Below are positions 37,152 through 50,700 of a stretch of DNA of 64,000 nt, piece after piece (the first letter of the stretch is position 1; every line of letters starts with the position of its first letter). The notes under the pieces were generated by a model that saw nothing but the letters and a program-made list of their open reading frames with translations, ran no database searches and was not told the origin of the DNA. The stretch comes from Marsupella aquatica (lineage: Eukaryota > Plantae > Marchantiophyta): contig OZ316894.1 of NCBI GenBank assembly GCA_973895155.1, positions 21,981,867 through 22,045,866 on the forward strand, written 5' to 3'. Both the position numbers and the translations under genes were made by a program.

Positions 37152-40100
37152 GTCGTCCCTCCAGGCCAGTCCCGACAAGTTAGGCGAACTCTCAGCTCCG
37201 GGATCTCACTACTCCGATGTGGAGTGCTAATTTGGAACTACCGTTGGACCCAGTAGTGTATTTGTAGTGACAGACCTGATCGAGGACGTAAAGAATTAGT
37301 CGCCGCCTGACTACTGTGCACGATCCAAAAGGTGCACTTGGAACCTCTCATATTCAGCACTCCTCAGCACGTCGACATCCATGTAAAATGCCTGATCCTC
37401 AGGTCAACGTAGGCATGGAAGTGATGGACCAGGCTGTGTAGTGACTGAACGAGACGCGACGTGGAGGTGCCGACCAAGGAGTCAATGCATTGGCGTAGCA
37501 GGAAGCTGTAAATTCTGAATTGCATCAGATAGGGGCCTTACTGGAAATTCATTTTACGCTTACCAAAGTTACTGGAAAGAAGATCACGCGTAGAACTATT
37601 GCAACTAATCTTACGCATCCTGTTCAGTGCCTGCTGTGGTGCTGGCGTAGACAGGACCGGAAATCTGGAACCCAGTCGTATTTTAGAGAAGTGGTTTTGT
37701 TCTCTAGCTGCCCCCGAAAGGTCAAACGTGCCCCGGACACAACCAAGTGGTCCTGACGACAGCCCTTCAAAGGCAGTGATTGCTGTGATAAATGCAAGAC
37801 GACTAGGACATGCGGACTTCGGACTCCCCGGATCATCGTATGCGAGATCGTATGGCGATGATGACCGCGATCGTCATCGGGGTCATCGGACGCTTGCTTC
37901 AAATGTTGGGGGTGGGATAAATTGGGTATGGAGAATTGTACACTACAGTAGTTGCCAGCTGTGTTGCCACCCACCTAGCTTTGGTATACAGTAGGAACTC
38001 ATAAAGCTCGCTGGATAGTTCGCAGCATCTTCAGAATTCAGAGACACACGACAAGGGGCAATAAATTCGTGTCGTTTCTATTGTGTTGTAATACCGGAGT
38101 ACTAGAGATTAGATGGTTACAAGGCTGTACGTAGGAGTTCCCTAAATTAAAGCATGAGAGTATGCTGAAATCTCTCGTTGAAATAGTTCACTCAACAATT
38201 ACATGATGAAACAGAAACAGCATACATCGATTAGGGAGCTCACATAATTAGGCTGAACTCTCTACTTCGAGAGTTTATTTTGTACGTGGAATGATCTCCA
38301 ATAATAGACGCTGTGCATGACGATAAATCGAGAGAGTCCTCGGCGTTGGTTAAAAGTCTTGCAATGAGGAGTGCTTGTCCTTTCCAGAATCTGCAGTCCG
38401 TGTATAACGTTTCATGACAGCGCGCGCATTCAGTTTTCTTGCTGTTGTGAGAATCGATGGAATTGTGGACTGAATTTCTGAGGTAATTGTAAGAAAGTCC
38501 AACCAACAATGAGTTTTCGTCGAATATATATAAGAACTCAATCTCCGACCTAGCATGCAAGCACCAGTTGAAGGTTCCTTATTTATGCCTGCTGCTCATA
38601 CAAATTGAATATTGCTTCACTGACGTGGATGAGCACGATTGTCACGACTGTGAGCAAGGTATTGAATTTAAGATTCCAAGAGTTTCATGAAGTATACCCA
38701 AATTCTTTTAGTATTTCGAGAAATTGTTCACCCTAATCTCGAATTCTGGGATTAGGCGAAAACATGGCCTCACTATAATTGCACATGGAAATGTGACAAT
38801 TTTCCATGTATAATGTGATAAATCCAATTATTTTATCTAAATCACGGAGCCTTATTCTAAATAATTTTTGCTGTCGGTTTTTGATGTCGCGAAAACATTC
38901 AAAGAGGGTCTATACGAAGGACGTAGTTACGGAAAGATGCAAATCATCAGTGCAAGGGCCAAATTGCCAAAGACTGTAGAGAGATGACTTGTGACAGGTG
39001 GGAGATGACTGTCAATCTCGTTGAAGTGTAGACGCTGTGAAGTTTAGATATATTATTAGAGTGTGCATGAGCGCAGGGACGACATACAATTGCAAGCAGT
39101 AATCACATGTCCATCGTCTGGCGAGTGAGTAAGGACAGGAATCATCACGTCTCTCAAGTGGCTAGCTAGTGCAGAGAATGTATATTAGCTAGTGTTTAAT
39201 TGTCCAGTACATATCCTACCTCGATCAGTTGACCTGTCCCAGACAATTAAGAAGAAAACATGCGCGTAGCGGGCATGGATGCAGCCTTCCGACGAATGAT
39301 GCCGTAAATCTGTGACGCTTCTAGCGCGTGAAGAGAATTCGACATGACCACTAGTCTACATGTAGGGTTTTAATTTTATAAAATTCTACTTCTGACTTCT
39401 AGAGTGGACCGAGGGCTGATTGGATCCAGGGGGAGAAATGGTTATAGGTGTAGAAGAATGGATTACCTAGCCTACGTCATTATCCAAGATTCCAAATCGT
39501 GAAAGCAAACTTGGATGATTCCACACGCAGCCACGAAACAAGCGACTTTCTAAGGTCAACACCCATCATCATGGGATAGGGCTACTTTTTGAACGCTTTA
39601 ATTTTAAGTACTGATCATCTAGTCATCTATGATCATCTATTATCTCCGTTTTAGCTGAACTGTAGAAATTTGTGGACCTCACCCAATGAAGACAGAATCT
39701 TTCTCTCTACGAAATTAAGGGACCGTGTGCTGATATCGTACAACGACAGTGTGATGATATCATACGACAATCTCCAGAAAGATGAAGATAGTTATGCGGA
39801 TGAGGTCTGAGTCCAGCCGAACTTATCGACATTGATTGCAACAGTCGACTAATTTGAAGAAGTCCACGAGCACAGGTGAAGCTGTGAATTAACCTAGACT
39901 AGTCATATATGGCGAAGGCACTTGTGCTGCTATAATTCAAGGGAGGCCGTCAAGCACGTTCAAATCGAAGGTTCTATTCTGATGCGATTGAACTTTCGGT
40001 CGGCACAGACAGCTCATTCCTGCTAGTGCCGCCGCCAATGAAAGCTGGCATGGAAGATTCAAATAAGTAAGGCACATTTGTTAGCGGTTGCTCCTGATCC

Positions 40101-42751
40101 CGGCTCTTCGTGTGCTTTTGGGGTGCTCAGATGCCGCTTGGGTTAGGGTCTTTCCGTCCTGGCGATAGTCGCCTCCGGCAGCCTGCATTCGGGCTCAAAA
40201 AAGATTTGGAACTTCTTCGCTGTTGCAGTCGCTCTTTTCCTCTGCCTAGCTGCGCGTAGAAATTCATGGTGAGTACTTTGAGTCAAAGCTCAAATGAATG
40301 AGAAGAAGAGATAATACACAGATGTCGTTGCATTTCCCATGTGGACAAGTGCAAAAAGACATATCCGTGTTCAAAGCAACAAAATTGAAGCCGAGGGAGT
40401 TTTGCCACTTTGGAAGTCTGTGGATCGATCACAGCTTGGATCATGTATGACCACAGTGTATCGCCCTTCTAGATCTGTGTCTGGATCCACAGCCAGTAAG
40501 CTTCCTTCCACGATTGCCATAGTTGTATTGCTTAATATATCCGACGTACTTCGATCGATGGAGTACATACTAACAGGAAAAATGGACGACAGTGGATCGT
40601 TGTCGCGATCGAACCTGTCCACGGGTACTTCCCTCAATTCGATCGTCGTGGTTTATGGTACACCAGTTTCAATTCGATGCCAAAGTTGACATCATATTGC
40701 TCTTAATTAGTATCCCTATATATGTAAGTGTGTTTGTTTTAGCAGGCCTAGCGTTTATCGTGTAGGTCTAGGAATGGGAGACAATTATTCAGAATGCAAC
40801 AAAGAAAGCTGGTCGAGTGAATTGTAGAGTCCCCCAATTTTCCGTTTCACCATATGTATTCCTTATATTGGAGGAGAGAGTTCAAACTCGAGCTACAAAG
40901 ATCATATCATGTGCACGCTAGTTGAGAACTAATTCATCTAATTGGGTTATGCTCAGGTGTAAAGAATGTCGTCATTCTATATATCTAGCTTCAACGACAT
41001 ACAACCCGCTGAAATTATAAGATAGCCCTGCTGGGCGTCACCTAAGTAAGTTAAACAAGGTCTGTCCTGTTGTCCTTCACTGGCAAATAATAGACCGTGA
41101 GCGCGCCGCCGATGAGCTCAGCCGTCCACAGACTAGATATCTCCTAAAGCAGGAGCACCTAGCTAGTACAGGACAGCTCATTGCTGATTCTTCCGAATTG
41201 TGTGCCCCTCGGAGCTTTTTCTCCGGGGAGCTGATCCGCACAGAACGGAAGAAGTTGGGAATTAATTCCAAGGAATTCTTAGCCTAAGGCAACTCACAAT
41301 ATTCATCTGCCAACAATAAGGTATCAACCGCATCTTTACACTCCGTGCAATGATCTGGTGAGATATGAAGTCTGGAACTCAAGACTGGCAGGGAACGGAC
41401 TGATTAGTTACCGGCGTTCAGATCAAAGTTATACTACTGATTTGGAAAGAGAATTTTATCTTCTTAATTTACATGCAAGTAACGTTCAGAGGATTACTTG
41501 GATAGGGGACACTTCGGACTCACCTCAGGGCAGGCCAAAGCTAGGGCCAAAGTACTCGCAATTGCACCCTCTCAATAAATCAAGCATTGGAAACACATCA
41601 GAAACAAGGTAGAATAACTAATCAGGATTCGCTATAACATTAGGGGAATCAAAGTTCAGGAAATCAAAACAACGATTGTAGCTCAAGATCAATGGAACGT
41701 ATTTGCCATTGTATTTACATATCTTACATGACGTCTGGCGCAAATCAATACCATCTATGTAGTCTGCAGGCTGTAGGCGTGCTGCATATTGCCTGACATA
41801 ATTTATCCTTTATAACATAATTTCAAAGACCTTTCTCACCCCAAGTCGGAAAAGCTGTTTCGGTTGTTTGTACGTGGGCTCGAATTGAAGGAAGCTGTCG
41901 ATTTAGTTTACGTGAAATAAAGTTACGAATAGACATTGATGATCAGATGGTTGCCGATGTACAGTAGGCAGGGGAAAGGATGGGAACATCCCTATCTTAT
42001 AAATTTCATGTTCCAATTTTTCATTATTAAGTTCAGATTAAAGTGAAACTAACGAGCAAAAGGTTGGATGATTTTCGCTCTGACATAAGTCGTTGTACCT
42101 ACTGATCTGCTGACTGTTGGACCGAAGTGGGTCCATGGGCTGATCATAACTCCTTTCATTTAAATCTGCCAACTGTGGGACGAAGTTGGTCTAATGGCCT
42201 AATCTCTACTGACGCATCACGCATGTTACCAAAACCCCATGCACGACAGCAATCGACACCCAAGAATCATACAGCTTCAACAGTGCTCTCAAAATCAGTG
42301 TACACCACTTACTTTTCGGAAGGTCAACAGTGCCTGAACGTACCATCTTCAATCTTGGCGCTCACCGAGTCGATCATGGCCAAGAATCATGCAGCTCCAA
42401 TAGTGGGCGACTTTTGCTGTAGTCTCTCGTGCTTTTTGGCACTTCGGACTCCCTGGGTTTTCCTTTTGTTGCCCACGGGTCTCTGCCTGTGGAATCGTGT
42501 CGCCTGGGATTATGATATATATACGTACCTAAGAGTCAGGCTGGTGTACTCCACTTACTTTTCGGAAACTTTTGCAGTACGTTGCGACCGTACTATCTTC
42601 GATCTTGGCCCTCACAGAGTCGAGCATCGCATTTTTCAGACATGCTGAACCTCTTGACGAATTCCTCGTGAGCCTTATCCACTGTTTGCCCTACTTGGCC
42701 CGCCTTGCGCCACTGAACTTATTTGCAGAACCCTAAACCCCCTCCACTTTG

Positions 42752-43450
42752 TGTTGGAACTCTCAATTACATGGATCAGCTAGGAATTGAACCTAGGATA
42801 GGAATTGAACCTAGGAGTGTACATCTTAGTGCTCTACAACTGAGAGTGCTCTACCACTGAGCTATAGGCCCTTTGTGGCTGCATCCATCATTGTTCGAGT
42901 GTGGTTCATTTCCAACACCCTCCCTTGAGCCCCACTCCCTACAAGGGAAACTCATCATGGATCTTTGGCTATGATACTATGCATGTTAGAACTCTCAGCA
43001 ACATGGACCGGCTAGGAGTTGAACATAGGACTTCCAACACCCTCCCTTGAGCCCCACTCCCTACAAGGGAAACTCATCATGGATCTTTGGCTATGATACT
43101 ATGCATGTTAGAACTCTCAGCAACATGGACCGGCTAGGAGTTGAACATAGGACCTCCCGCGTACATTGTAGTGCTCTATCACTGAGCTACAGGCCTTTTG
43201 TGGCTGCATCCATCATTGTTTGAGTGTGGTTCATTTCCAACACCCTCCCTTGAGCCGCACTTGTTACAAGGGAAACTCCTAGTCTTTGGCTTTGATACCA
43301 TGTTGGAACTCTCAACAACATGAACCGGCTAGGAATTGAACCTAGGACCTCCCGTGTACATTGTAATGCTCTACCACTGAACTACAGGCCCTTCTTGGCT
43401 GTATCCATTGTTGTTCGAGTGTGGTTTTCAAGTGTGGTTCATTTCCAACA
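42752..43450 (-). mobile_element. Tandem-array TRIM (non-autonomous LTR retroelement) with tRNA-like sequence in its LTRs (Helenus/TRIMp3-like)
   Basis: LTRs lie at 42752-42917, 42984-43039 (internally deleted), 43106-43242 and 43301-43450, with TGTTGGAA...TTCCAACA-type ends. On the minus strand the ~58-66 bp spacers begin with a PBS (best copy TGGTATCAAAGCC, tRNA-iMet type) and end with the PPT CTCAAGGGAGGG. Confidence 0.9.
43321..43391 (-). ncRNA. tRNA-like Pol III cassette inside a TRIM LTR (not a functional tRNA gene)
   Basis: Sequence GGGCCTGTAGTTCAGTGGTAGAGC...AGGTCCTAGGTTCAATTCCTAGCCGGTTCA has A and B boxes. The D-stem, the T-stem (CTAGG/CCTAG) and most of the acceptor stem pair, but the anticodon arm does not. 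Further copies occur in the other LTRs. Confidence 0.8.
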
Positions 43451-43559
43451 TGATTGTCTTCCTTTTCTAATCCTGTACTGATCCGATAGTAATCTCACAA
43501 CAAGGTCAGCAATGGTTTAGTTTGGTTTAGTCCAAGGCACTTCTGTCTCAAGTGGCATA

Positions 43560-43810
43560 CTCCATTACAAGTCAATATCAATAGGGCATCTAAAACCTTG
43601 GAGTTGCTGGGAAAAATGATGAACCATCAGTTTCGGTCACGTGCGGTTCAGTAGTGTGTGGACACGGATTTTAGTGTCAGCCACTTGTCAGCCATGGATT
43701 TTGGTGTCAGCCGTCAGACACTAAAATCCATTGCTGATTCCATTGCTGATTGCTACTGGAGGCAGCAATGCAACATTTGAGACACCCTAATGGCTTCATT
43801 ATTGTAATAT
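43560..43810. mobile_element. Foldback/MITE-like element
   Basis: Degenerate ~50-bp terminal inverted repeats (cattacaa...taggg...gttgctg / cagcaatg...ccctaa...ttgtaat). Internal hairpin atggattttggtgtc-N8-gacactaaaatccat. Confidence 0.5.
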
Positions 43811-46235
43811 GTCTGGAAATAATCTCAATGGGAGGTGAGTGGGCCTGTTATATGGACAAATATAGGGTCAGTGGACAACTTTTGAGCCTCCAGTGCACCC
43901 AACAATGGGCAAGCCGCCAATGAGCTGAGCTTTCCACAGATTCAACTGATTCTCTTCTAGGAGTAACTAGAGGAGCTAGAGGAGCTAGAGGAGAAACAGA
44001 GTCGAGGGGGGACAGATTCTCATTCTCTCCATCCACATACTCTAGACTCTCTACAGGCTTCACTCTATTGTATGAGTCTAGACCACTCTGTTTGCAAATT
44101 AATAGTAAGATGGTCTGGTACTATATGGACTTAAGTACTCGGACATAGGCAGGGAACGGACTACTCTCGTTCAGATCAGGGCCCTACTGAATTTGGAAGC
44201 GAGCCTTATCTTCGTTCCATGCTAATAATTTTCAGACGTTTACACGGATAGGGGACACTCTAGAACGACCAGTCTCACCTGACAGGCCAAAGTACTTGCA
44301 AATGCATTCGGTCAATAAATAAAGCATTGAAAACCCATAAGAAACAATACTGAAGGTAGAATAACTAATCAGGGTTCGCGACCAACTTCAGGGGTAACTG
44401 AACAAAAGCGCGCCAGGCATTATCAATCGAGAGTTTGGAGTATCATTTACTGACAATCCACGCGGCTAGGAGGGAAGGAATTCTTTATGTGATTTGCCTT
44501 CGACTTGGATTGAAAAAACCGGGATGAGGGGCAAAGAGTGGGACCAAATCCGCAGCCCACATATTTTTCTGTGCTCCAAATTTCAATCTACGCAGCTCAA
44601 GATTGTTGCTCAGGAGAGCAAAAGGACGATTGTTGCTCAAGATCAACATATAGAACGCAGTTCCTTTCTTTTGTGGTATTGAATACATAGAACGCAGTTC
44701 TTTTCGTTTGTGGTATTGCAAATATCTTCTATCGTGCGTCCTCTGGCGAAATCGATATCATCTATGTGGTCAGGTTGCATATTGAGCAATTGTTCCAATT
44801 GCAATACAGTATTGACATTTCTTCTTTATAACATAGTTTCAATGACTTTTCTCAGCCCATATCGGGAACGACGTTTTTTTTGTTCAAGGAAGCTGCCAAT
44901 TCAGTTTATGTGAAATAGAGTTGCAAGTACGCATTAATGATCAAATGGTACAGTAGGCAGGGGGAAAGGATGGAAATATCCCTATCTTACAAATTTCATG
45001 CTACAATATTTCATTTTTCAGTTTGCAAATAATGAGTTATATATGTCAGAGTAAAGAGAAACAATCGAGCAAAAGGTTGGGTGATTTCTCTATGACATAA
45101 CTCGTTCTACCTACTGATCTGCTGACTGTTGAACCGAAGTGGGTCCATGGCCTGATCGTAACTCCTTTCTTGTAATCGGCCAACAGTTGGAGCCAGGTTG
45201 CTCGTTGTCCTTATCTGTACTGACCAAAACCCCATGCACGACAGGAATCGAAAGGCAAGAATCATGCAGGTCCAATACGCCTGTAAGAATAAGGCGTACT
45301 TCACTTCCTTTTCGGAACTTTAACAGTGAGCTCATGTACCATCTTCAATCTTAGGGCTCACAGAATTGATCATGGCATTTTGCAGGCAGCCTGAACCTAT
45401 GAGCCCCATTCACTGTTTGCCAAGTATCTCCCGTCGTGGGCCCTTCTTGGAACTGCTCTTGAGACACTTATTTGCCGAACGGGATGGTGTTCCGGCCACC
45501 TCCGCTTTGATTGTCTTTCTTTTTCAGTCCTGTACTGATCGATAGTTATCACACAACGGTTAAATTTGGTGTACTCCGAGGCAATTAGTACCATGAACCA
45601 CGCGGTCCTGTTTCTCGGATACTGGGAGTATCTCAGTAGGCCCTTAGGAGTAATCTTTGACAGACTTATAGATTTATTTGGATGACTTTTGGGTCTCTGT
45701 TGAAGCTCAAAGTTTTTCGGCATGTTCTTGAATGTCCAATCTATTGACTTACAAAATTGAGAACCTTTTTAAGGTCTCTTGCTCTGTTTCCTCCGATTAC
45801 AAAGATGATCAAATATTATCAATATATGAGGACTTCAATAAACACTTGAAATCTGATAGAAGTGAACATACGGGTCAACTGAAACCCGGGTAGCAAGTCT
45901 TTGTCTGCCATTTACAGGTTGTTTTCCAGTACAAGATGTAAACAATACTATCAGGGCAGTTTCAGACATTTTAGTAGTCCACGGCGATTTTGTCAGTCAA
46001 TGAGGGCATCATGGATAACGGGCCAGTCCTTCCTGGCGTTACCTTCTCCATCTAACCCTTCGCTTTCACGGGAAAGTCTAGTACTTAGTAGAAAGTCTCT
46101 ACATAGATAGTACGTCGGCAAATTTTAGCATTTGGGATGCAATCGCTTGGGCCAGACGTGGAAGATTCTTCAGACATCCCTAAATTTGACATAAGCTTTT
46201 TCTACTCACACAATACACCATATATCTCAATTGTC

Positions 46236-46428
46236 TTCCAACTTTTATTTGCATTCTGTCAATCTGGACAGGAAGTCTCCTAGACTATACTCTCTGGTCG
46301 AAGGAGTCATCAAATAGTTGATATATCATTCATTCCAACTTTTATTGGCATTCTGTCAATCTGGACAGGAAGTGTCCTAAACTGTACTCTCTGGTCGAAG
46401 GAGTCGTCAAATAGTTGATAAATCATTC
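46236..46428. repeat. Near-identical tandem duplication of a ~95-bp unit
   Basis: ttccaacttttatt.gcattctgtcaatctggacaggaagt...ctctctggtcgaaggagtc.tcaaatagttgata.atcattc occurs twice. Confidence 0.85.
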
Positions 46429-47717
46429 CGATAGGCAAACGATGGAAGGATCTGAATTAAGAGATCAAATTCTCCAATAGTTTGTCGAATCTGGAACTAG
46501 AAAATAGAACTTCAGACCCTTAATCAGCTGCGCGCAAAGCTAGCTAGCTATAGCAATGCGCAAAACCGACAGAGAAATCTCCTTTGTCCCAAAAAACACA
46601 GTATCTCCAGCTTCCCATCCAATTGAAACTAACATACAAGATAAGAACTATTGTTGTCGTCACTGAAATTACGCGGATACTTCAGAAATGCACAGATTTT
46701 ATGCTTTGCCTGTGACAAATGATGAACCTCGGTATGGCAATATGGAACTAGGGATTTGCTTATGCATGAGTGGGCACACAGATTCCTGGTTGAAGGCAAT
46801 GTGGGATATAATGCCCCCAAAAATGTGGGCTTTAGACTCACTCCTGCGGTAAAGAGTTGTCCTGTGGTATGTAAGCCTTTAGTAAGGGAGATAGACTTTT
46901 CATGTCGATACAAAAACGATTCCCGAACTTCGTTGGCTGGGAAAGATATCAATGGAAATTCACTTTTAGCTTACAACGAAAACCCCTCACACACCCGAGT
47001 TGCAAAGATCTTTTGAGGATATATAGTGCTTTATATTATAGAATTCATATGACGGCCTCGCCCCTGTTCGATCGATAGCACAACCATATCGGGAAAACAG
47101 AGAGCCAGGGTACAATTGTACAATTCAAGCCGAACCATATTAACTTGACGCCAGAGCAACTCTTCCGCCGTCCATCCAATTTCATCATATCGAATGTAAT
47201 ACGCAACGAATTTCACAGTTCTGGCTCCACATATCGTGCATTGCATAGTCGAGAAGGTGACAGGAATCATCAGACTGAGTTTATTTATCACAAGAACAGA
47301 AATATAAGTTTACATATGTACAAAACCAGCGACTCAAAATTAACTCATGTTTCATCATCACGAGAAGTGTCGAAAGCGTTTTATCCTACTATGGTTCCAA
47401 AGGCCTTTCATCGCTACGAGAAGTGGCCATGTATCTCACTCAAGGACAAGTGTCTCAGCTGTTGAAACTGGACCATGCAATTATTGATGGCAACAAATAT
47501 AACTTGTCAATTTTATATTTACACAACTCGGCTTTCAAGATCACATTGTTCTTGGTTATGTGTGATGTCCATCATCCAAAATCTGATGAGTGATATAAAA
47601 AAAGCAGAGTGCCGTCACTACTGTCATTCCTAAGGGATTTTGTAGGTGATGGACAATGGACAGGTACTCGATCCAACATATCTTCTAAGCCAAACCAACG
47701 CAGGCCATGAGCGTTTC

Positions 47718-50700
47718 TTATGTGTCATTTCCTCCAGAAGTTTTCATTGTGTCCGACAGAGTTGCGAGAGTCGACATTAGGACTCTCGTTACGTGACGCA
47801 CATGGCTTTGATCGAGAGTCCGACCGTTGCTTTTCGCCAGGACTTGCGCAGTGCGGATCGAATTTCTTATTTCGCGTCCGTTCAAATCCTCAGCAGCCAG
47901 CTCAGAGACAAATTCAGCTGTGACGCCTGCGACTCCGGCTCGTTCGAGAAGCGTCATCCAGATTTGCTCTTTCTGCTGAATGGTGAGTTTGGGGTACCGT
48001 AGGAACATGGAAATCCGCGAACGGAAGGCGTTGTCAAAAGTTCCGATGCGGTTGGTGGTTAGGAACAACACACCCCGGTAATACTCCAGAAAGCGGAGAA
48101 AGGTTCCTGTCATTTGATTTTGCGCCATACCCGTTGAAGCTCGCTTCTGTAGGAACACATCCGCTTCATCGAGCAAGAGAACTGCTCGCCAAGTTGCTGC
48201 GATGCCTAGAACCTCCACTAAAGTCTTCTCAAAGTTACTGGGAGTCCCTCCTAGCTCGGAGGCGCTGAGAGACCACAGTGGGCGATGCATGCTCTCGGCA
48301 ACGGACTCGGCTGTCAACGTCTTACCTACAGGAGGAGAGTCATTTGCCAATTGCAAAGGGATTTCAGCGGAAAGTATTAAAATTTACGAAGTAGCTCCGA
48401 AGTTATGCCTTGACGTAAATGATCATTGGACTACTCTCCATTAAAATCACCTTGGACTCAAATATTGTAATCCAGAGAGAACCACTCACTGTTTACGAGG
48501 AGAAAACATCTGGATTCAACAACGAAAACATAATGCCTGCGGATTGCCAGGTTCAGCACAACACAAAGTTCCGCAAACGAACGAGACGATAGTTCCAAGA
48601 CAACAAAATCCAGAGAATATATATACCTGTCCCTGGGGGCCCGTAGCACAGGAAGATGCATCCTTCACCCTTCCGTGAAATGGGATCGACTAGCTGGAGC
48701 GCTTGCGATGGATCCACCGGTGTCGCAATGTACTGGCTTACCAACTGGTACACCAATTGCTTCGAGTCGGGTTCCATCACCAAGGCGTCGAAGGCATTCG
48801 AGTTGAAGCTGATTTCGCTGAAGCCACTGATGGCAAAGGATCCCCATCGTTTCAGGGCAAAAGAGAAACCGTACACTATAGCAGGCGCAAAAATGAGAGT
48901 CTCATCTGTTATCGCTACTGAACTGGGAGGTGCCAAATCGAGGATTCCTTCACTCTCTTCAAAACGCCTTCTCCGAGGTCCATCGGAAGTATCAGCAGGT
49001 GGGCGGAAAGTGCCGACCGGCGGCTTCGCATTCCCCATTTTATACCCCGGATTCATTTTCGCGAAACTGGCAAGATCAATCATCACCCTTCCGTCGGCAT
49101 TTTCCTTCATAATTTCCGCGCCGCTGTCCATCGATTTCATCATCTGGAACATGGGTCCCGAGTAGTGCATGAAGCGATGGCTGTTTTTCATGGCAAGCTC
49201 GTAAAATCGCTTGCCATTGGCTAAGAGGCCCTCATTCACAACTTCTGGCACGCCTTCAATCTCAGTAGGACGGACAGCCAAACTAGAAAATGCAACCTCA
49301 CCATCGAACTCTGGAATCGTTCTTTGAATCTGGCACTTGCGATAGCTCCTTCCGTCGTAGTCCCAAACGTCCAGGTCCACTACGAAGGCCCATTCCTTCC
49401 GCACGGTGGTGTAGCTGTTTTTAGAAACTACCGCTGCCAGAGTCTCTCGCGTGTGAATACAGGTGTAGACCAGTTTCTTGCCAGGAGTGAGGAATGTCCA
49501 CAGCATGTCCCAGGCAACACGCTTCTCTTCAGTCATTCGCCGCAGTCGGACAGATACATCGTTGTACTCCTTGTCCATGAACCGAATCAAGTGCTTTAAG
49601 TGAAGTCCTCCCTTATCGTCACCCTTGTCCTCCTGAGGATTCTCAATCGAATTATCAGCGCTGCTGGCGGTCCTTTCGTGATTCTTGAGATCATCAAGGA
49701 CAATGAAAAGATCTCTTCCGTCGACCTTTGGGGCGGCCAGGCTTTGGAGATCACCATTTTGGGAAAGATATTTTTGCACAATTTTGATGAGAGGGGCTGA
49801 AATGAGATCCACTTGCACCATGTCTGGCCAGAGTTGTTGTTTCCTTCGACGGTACATGACTTGGAATGGACTAGCATTATTGCAGACTCTTTGAGAACAT
49901 TTCCTCAGAAGGATTTTTCCATTCTTGCCCTCGTAATGATCAAAAGCAGGCCATTCCCAATCTGGATCATCCACTGACTTTACATCAGCAGACCCCTCGC
50001 TTGAGTTAAGGGAAGCAGGGTCGGAAGGCGGGAATCGAGAACGCACTCCTGAGGATGTAGGCAGTGGGGGCTTCACGGGTGATTGGGGACCTGGAGGCCC
50101 GCGTTGCACAGCGCTTGAGAAAAACTTCAACTGAGGTCCCTTAAAACTCTTAAATCCATAGTAAACTAGTAGCAGAGCTTGACCATATCCTCTAATAATA
50201 GTTTCAACATAATACTTGACGAACTCCACGAACCTACACCAGTAACAGAGAACCACACATAAGTACAAATCATCACTGAGAGAAAACAATGTCCTTTACC
50301 AAACGCATGTTGGATCCATTACCGAAAATTAGAACCGCATTTCTCACCCTGACTTCAACACGTTGGCATAAGTCCGTTCCCAATAATAGAATTCGTATGA
50401 CCCATGAAGCTGTATGTGTACAACATTTGTAATGCAATGATCTTGGGTTTTCAAGGATGTGCTATTCAGAGACCCGTATGTTCCGGCGCTGGAAGCAATG
50501 TTAACACAAAGAGATTGGGCTTTGTTAATGTACAATCTACAAACCTGTTGGGTGCGTTTGAAGAAAATATGAATATCCATAACACAAACGAAAACCCATT
50601 TGGATCCAACGCCGCTGACAGTGGGACCAGGACTTCCTGAGGAAGCACAACAGGCCACATGCGTAGAAATCCTCTCGTATTGTAGATAAGGAATATCCAA

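Larger units (their letters stand above)
41385..45590. repeat. Tandem segmental duplication: copy 1 ~41385-43545, copy 2 ~44148-45590
   Basis: Colinear shared blocks include ggcagggaacggact, ggataggggacact, agaataactaatcagg, acagtaggcagggg.aaaggatgg, tacctactgatctgctgactgttg.accgaagtgggtccatgg and tcctgtactgatc. Confidence 0.85.

Noticed and set aside
40300-40690. Overlapping ORFs with SWIM-finger-like Cys patterns
   Set aside because: The CxC...CxH motif is incomplete and split across frames.
43321-43391. Functional tRNA gene
   Set aside because: The anticodon stem does not pair, there is no downstream T-run terminator, and the sequence is embedded in repeated LTRs.
42752-43450. CRISPR-like array
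   Set aside because: The spacers are near-identical PBS/PPT segments rather than unique spacers, the context is eukaryotic, and there are no cas genes.
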